Positions 14,310 to 26,743 of a DNA stretch of 64,000 nt are shown in pieces. The number at the start of each line of letters is the position of its first letter. Positions within the stretch are counted from its first letter, which is position 1. The stretch is from NCBI RefSeq assembly GCF_025526975.1, contig NW_026515669.1:1240001-1304000 (forward strand), read 5' to 3'. The DNA comes from Fimicolochytrium jonesii (lineage: Eukaryota). Made by a program: the position numbers and the translations under genes. The notes beneath the pieces are model-generated. The model worked only from the letters and a program-made list of their open reading frames with translations, searched no databases and was not told where the DNA came from.

Positions 14310-15382
14310 TCCGACCTTTTCGAGCTGGCATCGGCTGAACTCCAAACACATGTAAATACAACCATTGCATAACCGCCTAACTGTACAGCTATGATTTTCT
14401 GCCTAGCGAGCCTTATGAAACTCATGAAATCGATGTTTCCGGACGGTCCCTTGGATGTTCTGACCCATTCTTGAAAAAACGACGGTCCGCTTGAGAACGG
14501 GGTGCAGTCGCAAGCAGACCGTTGTCGCACATATGGGTCAGACGTATAGAAAGAGTTGCTCTTCCGCAGCTTAGTAGCCAGCATTACATCGCCTCCAAAT
14601 GGAGACTTAAATGCAGGTTAATTGACCACGGGTTTCGTAAAGTTGTGCCGACGATGGGTAGGGCCGTTTCCGTTGGGCAATAGCCTCCTTTACATACCAA
14701 GCACGGTGGAAATGATAGCTGGTGCTGGACTGTAAGCCAGGCAGCTAGCACCACTTCTGATAGCCACATGCGCCCACGGCAGATCGACGATCGGCTATGC
14801 GGGACTCTGAAAGACCTGCGGTGGGCTTGCACGGAAACCAAGAGTGGAGCCTTTACGGATGCTACAGTAGAGGCAGATGGACTTCAAATTCAGTCAGACT
14901 GTCGAGAGGCAGTGAGCCGGAAAGCAGATGGGAGGCAAAAGATTTCTAGGAGAGGAAAAAAACCCCAAGGGCGAGGCCGGGCTGACTTCCGGTGATTACG
15001 CAAAGTATCAACAGCATGCTGTCAAGACGCTGCATTGAGCTTCTTTCCAGTTTCGTCGGAACTAAGTATTCCACTCTATTCGACAACATCCGGCGACTAT
15101 GGCAAGTCCATCCAACGGTTCACGAGATGCCCGTAGGGTTTCACGGCATATCATCCAAGTTCACCAAGGTAAGAGCCAATGAAAGCCCGCATTCCCACAA
15201 CCGCAAAAAATTGCCTTATGCTTCTCTTGCTTTCTCTTGATATATTGTAGCACGTCAATCAAGGCCTGCAGGCCCTATCGAAATAACTCTCTAAACACAG
15301 CATAATGGTACATAGCTATGGCCAAAATTGCAAATCTACTGATGAGGATAAGAGATGTAGTTGCTATGATGCAATGAATAGT

Positions 15383-18234
15383 TTAGTCACTTTTGAATCG
15401 CCGCTTGGAGTATACCCGAAGGGAGAATAATACGCCAATTGAGAGGAGCGTCAATGCTAGGCCGACTCCCAGTTGCATGCCTTGATATAAGGATGATTGG
15501 ACTAGAAATACTCTCATTCGTACCCCACTGTCGGACGATCTGACAAAAAGAGTTTGTGAGTCAGCCATATGCAGGAGTATGCTAGCCTTGTGATGCAGAG
15601 CATGAGCTTACCCATAGTCTCGATATGTACTTTGCACCCAGGTGCCTTTGGCCGGGTCAACCACTCCGAATTGGGAGGTCCCGTAATTCATCTGTAGTCC
15701 AGTTCCGTATGCCCAATGGTATCTCGAGAAGCCCAGCACACATTGGCCTACGTAAGTCCCGTTGGGCTGTACGTTGTACCGCGCACATGCAAAGTCATCC
15801 TGCAAGCGAAACGATCGTTCAAAGGATGCAATCCGCCGAGCGTGGAGGCAAACATACTCACATCGCAATCGTTGTCATTCAGACATACGCCTGTCACATT
15901 CGTTGCCGTTCGGTCCGTCATGAATCTATTGATCACATACGCCAAGACACTAGTATCGTAATCAAAGATTCCTGCGTATGTCGATTCCTGCGTTATGTGG
16001 AACTTAGAGACTGCAGAGTGTGAGATATCAGTTTTCACGTTCCGTACGGGTTTGGCATAGTGGAACATACTCTCAGGATAGTAGGGCGTCAGCAGCGGGC
16101 ATGAGAGGTTTTGCGTGAAGCAGAACATCATGTCAGAAATCTTCGAAAGAGTTAGCCGGCGTTTGCACCTCAAGCAGAGAGTTTACAACTTACAAGGCCG
16201 CAATCTGCTGTCACGTTTGGTTTTGTGATGTTGCCAATGGCGTTGGCATACAGGCTGCTAGCAGCCGCAGACGCCACTGCACACATTGCCGACACTGTGG
16301 AATCGTCCAAAGTCGTGGCATCATCGAACTCCGTATTGTAGAACCTGGTTTGATCAACTATTAGCATCTTGTTCGAAGCTGTGACCGACAGTCTCACTAT
16401 TATCTAACTCACTGGTTGCTAAACGCATCTTTGTAATCGCTGATGACAACGGCCGGAATGCTCTTCCTCTTCAGGAAAGCCATCACACTTGAAGGTGGCA
16501 GTCTGTTATTTACGCCATTTTGCGCCGCTGCCTGGAGATTGACGGAAGTAACGGAGCTATTCCGATATGGCGCGGCGGGATACGTCCCCGCGAATGTAGC
16601 CGCCAAAGAGTTTGTGGCGGCATTTTGAGCGTCGACATGCATGTAAATATCTGCGCCGCCAGCCTGTGTTGCTCCAATCGTGTCGAACTCTACAATGCCT
16701 TCAATGTTGTCCCATTTGATTTTGTTGAAGTCAAGGTCGAAGTAACATGGATTTGAGCATTCGTTCCCTTTCACGGGACACGCACTTGTCGCGCCATTCT
16801 TCTCTTTGCATGTCACAGGTTGGATGATATCCTCCACGAAGCGCTCAGATCCTGCAAAGGCCCACGACTCGGCGTCAAAGAACGTAAAGATCAGATCTTT
16901 CACGAGTGGAGCGGTTGCATTTTGGAGGTGCTGAATCGAGTAATTCATCTTTAGCGAACTTCTCTTTCCAGACGATAACGGTCATGCAGCTCACCTTGCT
17001 TATGGCATCCGCAATCGCCATCACTGTGACCAGCCCAGTTTTCGAGGATTTGGCGCCGATTGAAAACACGGGAGACGATGAAAACAGACCCCAGTCGTTG
17101 ATCATGGCGCGGCTGTCCATCTTGCTTGACACTATGATGATCGGTCTCCTATCGTCGGTCTTATTGATGTAGCTGGGCATGCTCGCCCAGACAGAGACAC
17201 CTCCAACCGGTCTGCAGGTATCTATGACGAGAGAACTCAGGTTCCCAAGAATACATGCTCGGGATGCAAAAGTCGGTATCTACCTCGTCGCAGACACGTT
17301 TCGGTATTCTGTGCGCCATACATGAAGGCATCGAACTCCACCGCATACAGCGGGAAAGAGCTATAGCCGCTAGCTGCATTCGCTTGCAAGGCCTTCGTGA
17401 CGAGTCAGTCGAGTCGATCGCGATCACCCTCCTGACCCCGGTACACAATCATGCAATCCATACCGTTTCGATGGGCGGGACACTCTGCGACGCATTCGCT
17501 ACGTCCATGATCCCAAAGATGGGGAAATCGTACTCGTGATATGCTATCGAATTGCCCTATGAAAACTGAGTCCGTGTTCGATCCCTGGCTTCGATATCAT
17601 TGTTCCACCTACATTCGGATTCCATTGATGCCATGAGCTGGGCGCATCACGTCCATACAAGCCATACTTGCAGTTCGGACATGTTTCATCAACTGAGAAC
17701 GCCGACGGCCTTTGAAACCCAAGGCCGCTCTTAACCAGAATGATCCCAGCCAGTTTGCCAGATTGTCTGAGCTTGATAACGTTTGCTCTACCATAGATTG
17801 GAATCATTATCCATGCCTCTCCACGTTGATTGCAATCCACTGCGCTTACGGTATGAATACGCTGTAGGGCATGACAACGGCATATTTCCCTTTCGGGGCG
17901 TCGGTTATAAAAGAATCCAAGCCCGGTTGATCCTCAATCTTGTACAGAATCCCCGTTGTCGATGGCTGCGCTGCGATACCGATATCAGCTTCCTATAGCG
18001 CTCCTCTCGACTAGCTTCCACTCACTCTGACAGCCCACGCTCCCGTCTGAACTGAGATGCCGCAAGCAACCCGCGACAGGGACCCCTTGGTACATAATTT
18101 TTTCCAGGTAATCTGACTGGCCGCAGACGATGGTCCCTAGTCCTATATTTACGTCGACATGTTTATACAAGTCCCTAGTTGGGTTCAAAACGGCTAGCTC
18201 AAAACTAACCAAGAACTAAACTCAAGAACAGCAT
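15383..18234 (-). CDS. NCSTN: Nicastrin (gamma-secretase subunit), multi-exon type I membrane protein
   Basis: Spliced signal peptide MLFLSLVLGLGTIVCG; CLRHLSSDGSVGCQ; FSVDETCPN..WNP; IIIVSSKMDSRA; FFDAESWAFAGSERFVEDI (DYIGS-equivalent region); LPPSSVMAFL; FYNTEFDD; single C-terminal TM plus short basic tail. Confidence 0.9.
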
Positions 18235-18563
18235 TTTCGCCGTAATGTAGCGACCGTGGCATGCATAACCCCTCGATCGCTTTGGTGTTCGGTCCGTCAT
18301 TGTGAGTCCCACCTGCGCCTTCGCTACTGAATCGCTTCGGTCCGGCAACGCTGCCGCGGTCGCTTCCTTCACGAGTGGCCAAGAGAGAAGAATACGGATA
18401 TCGGAGGCGCCATATGTGCGCGAATTGCCAAACTTGCCGCGCATGTCTTGCCGTGTCTTTTCGACAGTCGCGACTGGCGCTGTCACAACCCCCAACTCCC
18501 CCTTTGGCATAAAACCTCTACGTACAGCCAGTGTATATGCATTTTCCACAAACTTACACCGCA

Positions 18564-19486
18564 ATGAGCGTCACCGAGGCAGCCTCCACCACCTCTCTGC
18601 TAAAAGAGCAGATACTGTTGCTCAAGGGGCAGATTGGCGAGAAAGACAAGGCTCTTTCTTCGCTAGAGGATCGACAGGTGGATTTGTGGTGATTGTTGAA
18701 TGAGCCTTGCGTGATAGCCTGATAACCGAAATGCAACGCTGTATTTACAGCCCAAGCCAAATTCTGCTGGAAAGCCCGGAAACGGACCCGGTACCGGGGT
18801 GAGTCCGAGAGTGGCTCGGGAACGACAGAAGAAGGTACGGGAACTTCGGATGTCGCTCTCCATCTTCCGTAATAGCTTCCAATGCTGCGAGCATGAGACT
18901 GATTGCCGCGATGGGGCACCTGTTACAAATTCAGGCATATCAACTTGAACTACAGAAGCTCCGCCGAGAGATCCGCCATCTGCGATTTCAAAGGAACTCT
19001 CTAGCGGATCCCATCCTTGAGGTATTCGCAGAATTCAAATTGCGTGTACATGTAGAACGTTTTGCTCACCCGACTCCGTACTGCAAGATGGCGATCGTAC
19101 CGAAGCTTGCTAGCCTCAACCCCAATGTCTCATCCCGCTTTCTCGGCTCTTCATCGACGAGCCATGGACCTCCCCGAGATGTGCGTCGCGAGGCGAAACT
19201 TCATTCCAGCAACGCACCCGCCTTCACAGCAAACCCAATGTTTGCGACCGGGAGCCATCCAGACAACGGATCCAGATGGTGGTGGTCTGAAGGGCCGAAC
19301 TGTAGGTTCCACATGCGGGCGTTCGATATAATTGTAGATTTGAAGTTCACCGTAAAAACCCCTCTTTTCTCACAGCAGGCAAGCGGTGAAAAGTTTCCCA
19401 ATCCTGCATCCCTGTTTCCGCCATCCCATCGTGCTGTTAAATCAATCCAGGCAGGAAGCTTGACTCGGAGATATCATAGACCATAG
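18564..19486 (+). CDS. Hypothetical coiled-coil protein, about 4 exons, divergent from nicastrin
   Basis: MSVTEAASTTSLLKEQILLLKGQIGEKDKALSSLEDRQ and AYQLELQKLRREIRHLRFQ are heptad-like segments flanked by GT/AG sites; no family recognised. Confidence 0.45.
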
Positions 19487-19857
19487 ATATACCCAACTCG
19501 ACCGATAGAACTCCGCTCCGAACCTATATCTCATAGTTGCTGCGTGCCACTATTGTGGATTGCGATGAAAACCTAAAGTTCCAAACCTCAGCCCCATCCC
19601 GTGATTACAACTGTCAATCTGATCCCAACGCGCTTGCGCCCAAACTTGGCAAACATCGTCGTTCTTCCGCGCTCCCCCTTCCTTTCGCTCCAACGGATAG
19701 GCAACCAACCATTCTACGTCCTTGCCTATTCTCGTGAGAACCGCAGTCAGACCTGAAAAGCCCTCGTTCTTCTGGAATATCACGCAGTATAGTTCACCGT
19801 ACTTAGCTCGTCCGTGGGCTCAACTTGTCCTTCACTACTCTCGCAAACTCGTGCAGT

Positions 19858-20755
19858 ATGAGGCCAATAGCAACAAATACCATCCTTCTTACGAACCTGC
19901 CCTCGGTATGCTTCAAAGATGACGGAGAGAAAGTCAAATCCCTGCTCTCTGGGTACGGGAACGTCAAGAGCGCTGTGCTGTTGAAGTCGTTTAGTCGCAT
20001 ATTAGGTGGGTGACGAACTTGCAGTGAACATTCACTGAACCTGCTTGAACTAACGTGTGGCGTTCGGTATATATAGCTGTTTTCCAGCGAACAGCAGACG
20101 CTCAGCATGCTCGTCGGGAGCTGCATTTGAATCCGATTTTAGGGCCGGACGTCAGGGTGTATTACGGCGAGGTGGGTTCTGCCTGGCTTCGCAGTCCCAT
20201 TGACTGGAGCTGATGTTTGGCTTGCAGCATACCGATGATACACACCTCCTCGACCCTTCGGCTGGCACACACATCAATTATCTGCAGGTGCCGGAACTTG
20301 AACGCAACTTCCTACTGTCGCCTCCCGGATCTCCACCCGTGGACTGGGTACAAATACGAGAAGCCGGCCCAGCATCAGGTGGACACTCCCAGGCCCTTTT
20401 GAATGCGCTGAAAGAGTTGGAACATGATGATTTCATGTTGGAGATGGGCGCACGCGATGATGGGGAACAGGATGTGCCTTTATCGCCCGTCAGCGAGACA
20501 TACGAGGAACATGCACTGAGCCCTGGCCGACAAATGCTGGTTTTCAAGCCGCCTTCGCTCTCGCTCAGCCCACCCGGAAGCTTTACAATGCCGGAATCGT
20601 TACCGGTGGTTATTGTTGAAGATACGGAGGAGTCGCAATCTTTCAATCTCAAATCCGAATCTTTACCGGTGCCGACCTTGGGAATTCCAGCAATTGTGGG
20701 ACGACAGCACGGTGGATTGCCGAAAACAGCGATGCCACCGGCTCCGTCGAGATGA
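19858..20755 (+). CDS. RCN1: Calcipressin / regulator of calcineurin (RCAN), 3 exons
   Basis: TNTILLT..LKSFSRIL RRM-like N-terminus, YLQVP, FLLSPPGSPP signature, PxIxIT-like PVVIVE, C-terminal PKTAMPP. Confidence 0.92.
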
Positions 20756-21326
20756 GATGGGACGAGACGCTGCACAGCCAGCATAGACGTCCCGCAAATC
20801 CTAACTTCGGCATGCAATTGCCGCCTTAGCAACAATTTTGGTATCGATATAATCACATGAGTTGATGTGGGAGCAGTAGCTAGCTAGTCTGTTCTTTCTC
20901 TCCCCAGCATGGCGGTAGGATCCGTTCACAACCTGCGGAATTCACACCACACCCCAAGAGACTGCGTACCGCCCTTCTATGTACTACGCCCTACTGAATG
21001 TTCCAAATACAGTCGCTTTGTAGGGTGCCACCGCGGCGGTCTAGTAAAGATAGTGATTGCAGAATTCTAGCGGCTATAGCTACCAGAGCACTTGGCCTCC
21101 TAAGTAGTACGCATGAATGATATGCTGGCGGTGAACTGAAAGTTCAAGAGCGCGCTTGTGAATGGTCTTGGTATGGTTCGGGTCTGCGGGTGAGAAGCGT
21201 CTTTGAGACGTCTTTGGACGTTTCCGTAACGGAAGCATAACGTCCCCCCAAGCTTCTACATGGTCTTTTGCGAGGGCCTTGCGTGGGTCCTTCCGTCCGA
21301 CTAGGTCGCCTTCGCAGAAAATGAGG

Positions 21327-23477
21327 TCACCGCCGCCGGCGAGAAAACATTCCATGACTCCAGCCCATCCGATCCAGCGCTTCCCAGGTTATCGACGCAA
21401 CACCGACAGCAACAGCGATCCGGACGCTTCTCCTCACATCCGGCTTGCCAAACGCCACGTATCCGAGAGCAGCGACCGCCACACCCACGACCGACCCGAC
21501 AACCCATGGGGAGGCCTTTCTGCGTGATGGTGGTGGTTGCCAATCGACGTCCGCAGTCGACGACCCGCTACAACAGAAATCCCTATCGCCGCAGCACTGA
21601 TTGGTTGTTTGGGCTGGTGTTGGTGGTGGCCGTGTGACGAAGGAGGTTCCCAGACTCAATTCCGTGCCGTCGCCGGCCCTCGCTTCTGGTTCCGTCTCAG
21701 TTTCAGCCTCGATCCGAACCATCTCACGCCCCTTTCGGACGAGCTTCGGGACACCCTTCGTGGCGCTTGCTGTGGCTGAGAGCTCAGTTGGCACGGGTGT
21801 GGAAGCATGGGTTCCGTCTGACCCATCGCCCCAGCGCTTCAATGTTCGAACGACTTCACCCATCAGACTCCACTTGCTAACGGACAGGATCCGCACAAGC
21901 GCTATCTTGCCCATGATGTGGCCTCCCGCAGGGACAAGCACCTGCATATACGCCTTATTGTGTCCAATAAAATTCTTCCCATCCCCGCTCCGATCTGTAA
22001 TCAGAATCTCGTGGTAGGAGTTAAGCATGTCGGCCGTGGTTGTATACGATTCGAAAAGCTTGGTGAGCTTCCGCGACCTGTTCTTCACCACGTCAGTGCT
22101 GAGTCGAGGCAGGCGGGCAGCAGGCGTTCCCGGTCTCGGGTAGAATTGGGAAATATGCAGCACCGAAAACTTGTACTTTGCGCACAGCTCCAGTGTTTCC
22201 TCAAAATCGTCTTCAGATTCCGTTGGGAAACCGCATATAATATCGGTTGCGATCGTCACGCCTGGTACTCGCTCCCTCAGGATATCGACGACGCGCGAGA
22301 AGTCCTCTTTCGTGTACATTCGTCGCATGTCGTCCAAAACTTTATTGCTCGCCGCTTGTACCGGTACATGCAGGAATGAGTAGACACGGGGATGCCGTAA
22401 AATTTCCGCTATGTGTTCCAGGTGTTCCAAAATGTAGGGAGGATTCGTCATCCCGACTCTCAGCATTGTCGTCTGATTTGAATGCCTGTCCATCGCAACG
22501 ACGATGCCTCGTAATAGGTCCACGATGGAGACACCTATATCGCGACCATACGCCCCGGTGTCTTCTGACGTCAGCCAGATCTCCTGAACGTCCTCGCTCA
22601 TGACAGCCTCTACACGTGCGATGATCTCCTCCGGAGCGTAACTGCCCAAATCCCCTCGGGCATGCTTTGTCTTGCAATACGTGCACTGGTTGAGGCAGCC
22701 AGTGTTGATGGGAATGATTTCGATGTACGGATTCCGCCGCACTTTCGGTAAGTCCAATCTCGCACCACCCGCCTTTCTCTTCTTCCCGTCCTCGAGGTTC
22801 TTTCGCTCCTTGAACAGCCGTACGCTGTTGCCCTTTAGCGTTTCCTCCACGACTCCGACGACTTGGTCGATTTGCTGCACCCCAATGACGCTCAATCCTG
22901 CCCACTCATTCCCTTTCGGCTGGGCTTGTGGAACACAGCCCGCCACGACCACCTTCTTGCCCGCGTTTTTGCCTTTGCGAATGTCATTAACAAACGTCTG
23001 CTCGGACGGGCCTTTCACTGTACAGGAGTTGAGGAGCCATAAGTCTGCTTGGTCACGAAGAGAGTCCTCAAGCACAACTTGATATCCATCGGCGGCGAGT
23101 AGCCCTGCCATGTATTCCCCGTCGCTGTTGTTGTGACCTATATAGGGTAAGGAAGATCAGAATTCGTGCGGTCGTCCAGTTAAAGCCAACGGCAACGAGC
23201 CATTACCGCAGCCCCATGTTTTGACAAAAACAGTAGCTCTTCCGGGCAGAAAGTGATCATTCTCCGCAGGAAGAGGGGAGCTTTCCTGAACCACTTTCTT
23301 CTCGGCGTCGCCCGCAGTCGGAGTGCCTCTTTTGCGGAAAGATTTCACAGCAACGCTTCGGAAACTTTGTCGCACGTTCGTTTGACTCGCGAGTTCGGGA
23401 TCGTTTCCTAACTCTTCAATGTCGTCTATTGCAGCTGGACTGCAATTGTCGACTTCGAGAGAAGAGGAGACTAGCAT
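21327..23477 (-). CDS. CDKAL1: t6A tRNA methylthiotransferase (CDKAL1/e-MtaB, radical SAM) with C-terminal membrane anchor; one intron ~23138-23206
   Basis: DDIEE N-terminus; KTWGCGHNNSDGEYMAG; NSCTVK; AGCVPQ; radical-SAM CLNQCTYCKTKHARG; SEDTGAYGRD; GMTNPPYI; SQFYPRPGTPAA; hydrophobic tail. Confidence 0.95.
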
Positions 23478-24263
23478 TGTTTTGCTGCGCTGTCTGCCGG
23501 CTTCTGCTGATGCTGCCGAAAGGACAGGGAAAAACAAGGCGGGGCGAAGCGTCTAAGAAAACAACCAAGGATGCCCGATATCTACTTGGCCGTAGAGGTG
23601 CTCAACGACCTTCTAGTTCTGAGCCGTGCGTTACGTGGGCACGGGACGGACTTATTCGTAAGCCTTCAAATGCTTTGCCACTACCCCACTGCAATGGGAG
23701 TCCCGGTTCTCAACGCGTAGAAAGCGAACGCAGAAGTTGGAACAGAAAACTTGACAATAATCCCGACGGCGTATCACGTGGAGAAAAGATTAATATGGCT
23801 TTAACGTGTCCGCGCTGACATAAGGCGTTACCCGGCAGTTTTCCGACGCGTTCCGATTCCACCGAAGTGTCTTCGGGATATCCCTAGATACTGTAGATGC
23901 CCGCTCACTCTCCTGCGGAAAAGACGTCCCTTTGAATACTAAGAGGACCGGTACCCCTGTCTCTCTTCAGCAGGAACAGATAGATACTCCTGTCGCTCTC
24001 CTGCCAAAAGAAAGGATGCATAATGCCTCTCCATTTGAAGCACATGTGTTCTTGAAAACAAGATTTCCCAGGACAAGATGGTCCTCGGGGGGGCTTTCAT
24101 TATTATGGGCTTGTGACCCGCACACCGCCGCTCTACTTGCGTTGGTATATGAGGAACGACTGCTGCGCCAATGGCAGCACTTCACAATACTCTTCAATTA
24201 ATACAGTATCTATGGTACGATATTGTCCGTCTATTCACCTATTGATCTCTGGCTATTGCACCC

Positions 24264-25819
24264 TTACATTTTGGCAGTATACTTTCCCCTCTTTCGAATC
24301 GAGGGTCCATAACTCCAAAAGAAGAAGGGAATGGGTATCAAACACACAGCTACCCCGCCGAAGACGCTGGTTGCCCACCCAATGCCGATGCGATGATAAA
24401 GGGGTGGTACGATCAGCGGAAAGGCGGCGGCCAGAGTGCTGCGCAGGAACGTGTTGGCAGCGATAGCACTGGCGCCCCACCTCTCGAACACGTCGATTAA
24501 GTAATTCAAAGCCGACTGGAAGATGGTGTAGTACCCGAGTCCCATCATTACGGCACCGAGGCACGGAAAAATCCAGTGGATGTGGGGAGAAGCGGTCCAC
24601 CCGATGGTGAAGAGTCCTCCCGCAAAGATGAAAGATCCAAGCATCATTGGCGGTAGCCGTGCCTCGGGAACGGCCACATTGCCGTTTGTGACATACCGCT
24701 TGCGATAATATATCTGGTTCCAGACGTTGACTGCCGAGCCCAAGGAAATTCCCACCAGCAGTGCCAAGAAAGGTAGCGATCCTACGAACTGGTTCATTCC
24801 CCGTCCTTCTCCGAAAATGATCGGAAACGAAGCGAGGCACGCGTAGAAGACCCCGTAGATGAAGGAAGCGTAAAGGGCCACCAGGAAACATATTGGCGTG
24901 CATAGCATCTGAATAGGTCGCAATCCAAACTTTGTGAGAATATCTCGGAATGATACGGCTCGTCCTTCGAATTCTGCGCGCATGGTGGGGTTTCCGGTTG
25001 TGCGCCGCAGGGCTCGGGCCTTGTAAACCAAGAGAATCGAGGGATATGATTCGTCTATCAGGAGCACATCCAGCACAAAGATGCTTCCTTGTATGATCGC
25101 AGTTAACTAGAACGAAGACGACGCATTGTCAGCCGAGTCACCAGGGTGAATGCGAATGTGAACGCTCTCACGTATTCCGTCCAACGCCAATTAACCCCGT
25201 ACGCGACGATTGCACCGCCCACGATGGGTGCAAAAACTGGTCCGCCCGCTACCGCCAGGGCGTAAGCGACGATTGCCGTTCCGCGCTGCGTAGGATGCCA
25301 GATGTCGGCAAAGACCCCTCCCGTACAAGTTATGGGCGAGGATCCGAAGAAACCGGTCAGAAATCTCGTGATGAGGAGAGTCTGTAAGTTCTGGGCTTGT
25401 GCGGTCCCGAGGGAACCGAGCATTGCCAGAAAGCAAGGAACCAACACAGCCCATTTTCGACCGTAATACTCGGAGACTGGCGCCCAAACAAGGGGTCCAA
25501 AGCCAAAACCGAGAAGTAGCAAACTTGTCCCGAGCAACGCAGTTTGTTGATCGACATGGAAAAGAGCGGATACCGTGGCGTTCGCTGGCGAGTATGCAGC
25601 GCTTGCATAGGTGGAGCTGAAAGTAGTTAGACCGTACAGGATGGTCGTCAGTGACTTCTTGGTGAAAGGCCAGTTGAGAGGGTGATACGGATCGTCAGGA
25701 CCAGCGAAGTCAACAACGGTCCCAGCATCGCGTGGGGACAGGGACGCACAGGTGTCGTCGGGGTTTGCAGACTCGGAGAGTTTCGCACGCTTCAGCGCCG
25801 TTTGTGGCTGCTCGGGCAT
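24264..25819 (-). CDS. MFS drug:H+ antiporter, DHA1 family (FLU1/TPO-like); single intron 25107-25171
   Basis: FAGPDDPYHPLNW, GPLVWAPVSEYYGRK, WRWTEY, ESYP..LL..KAR.LR, PEARLP, NYLIDVF..WGASAIAANTFLRS; about 12 TM segments. Confidence 0.93.
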
Positions 25820-26697
25820 CCCCGTTCAAGGGGACCGACTGGTTATCAGTTTGTAGAGCGGTAGAGGAGCGGTCAAGGTTGGAAGATGGCTTGGACCTCT
25901 GGCGATCGGGTAAATAAGACGTACGATGGGGATGTGTGGGGTATTTGGCAAGATTACACTCAAAGGCGGAATGGAAGCACAACGGGGCCGGCATTCTATA
26001 TATGAAGCGGATTGATGAAGGATGCGAACAAGCAGAAACGTGGAATGTTTTGCGCAATCCGTGAAGGCTGAAATATCATACCTACGAACACTCCAGGTCG
26101 TGGAAATCGCGCGTCGGCAACACTTCGCAGGCGTCGGGCGTCGGACGTCACTGGTGTACCGGAATATACGAACATTGGGAGAACATCGCAATACACTCTG
26201 ACCTTGCCGCTCCATAAACACCTGTAATATGTGATCCTTTTCTGAATCCAGCCCAGCCGTCAGCCATCGGACTTTCCTTGTAATTGGAGCGTGTGAACAA
26301 GCAGGAACATGTGATGTTTGTCTGACTGAAACTGCACACCTTGGTATAATAATCCTACTATACACCCGTACGTGGCCCATTCTGAAAGTCTACGCAGCGC
26401 TCAGGTATTGAACCGGTGACGTTGGCGTTTGTTGTCCTGCATTCTTCCTCCACTTTGTCTCGAGTCCTCTTGCCACATTGACACTGAAAATGGGTAGATG
26501 TATGGGTTTATTCAAAGTCTTTTACATATGGGCTATTTTGCATCAACAGTGGTAGCCACTAGTCCAAAATGGGTGTCCCGTACATGAGCCTTCTCCAACG
26601 TACCACACCCGTTCCAATCCGCCTCCCCCTCATGTTGCCTAGGCCCCCATCCCAAAATTCCCACTTTCGACACCTTCACTGGATAAACACGGTGTCC

Positions 26698-26722
26698 TCC
26701 CCCCCCCTCCCCCCCCCCCCCC
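26698..26722. repeat. Poly-C tract (poly-G on minus strand) just 3' of CDT1
   Basis: Near-pure C run seen directly; a similar tract lies at 37387-37413. Confidence 0.8.
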
Positions 26723-26743
26723 CTCCTGGCTTTTTCATATCTT

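Noticed and set aside
14310..15380. 1-kb gap between convergent genes with short ORFs and a GTAAG donor
   Set aside because: No coherent protein or RNA gene could be built.
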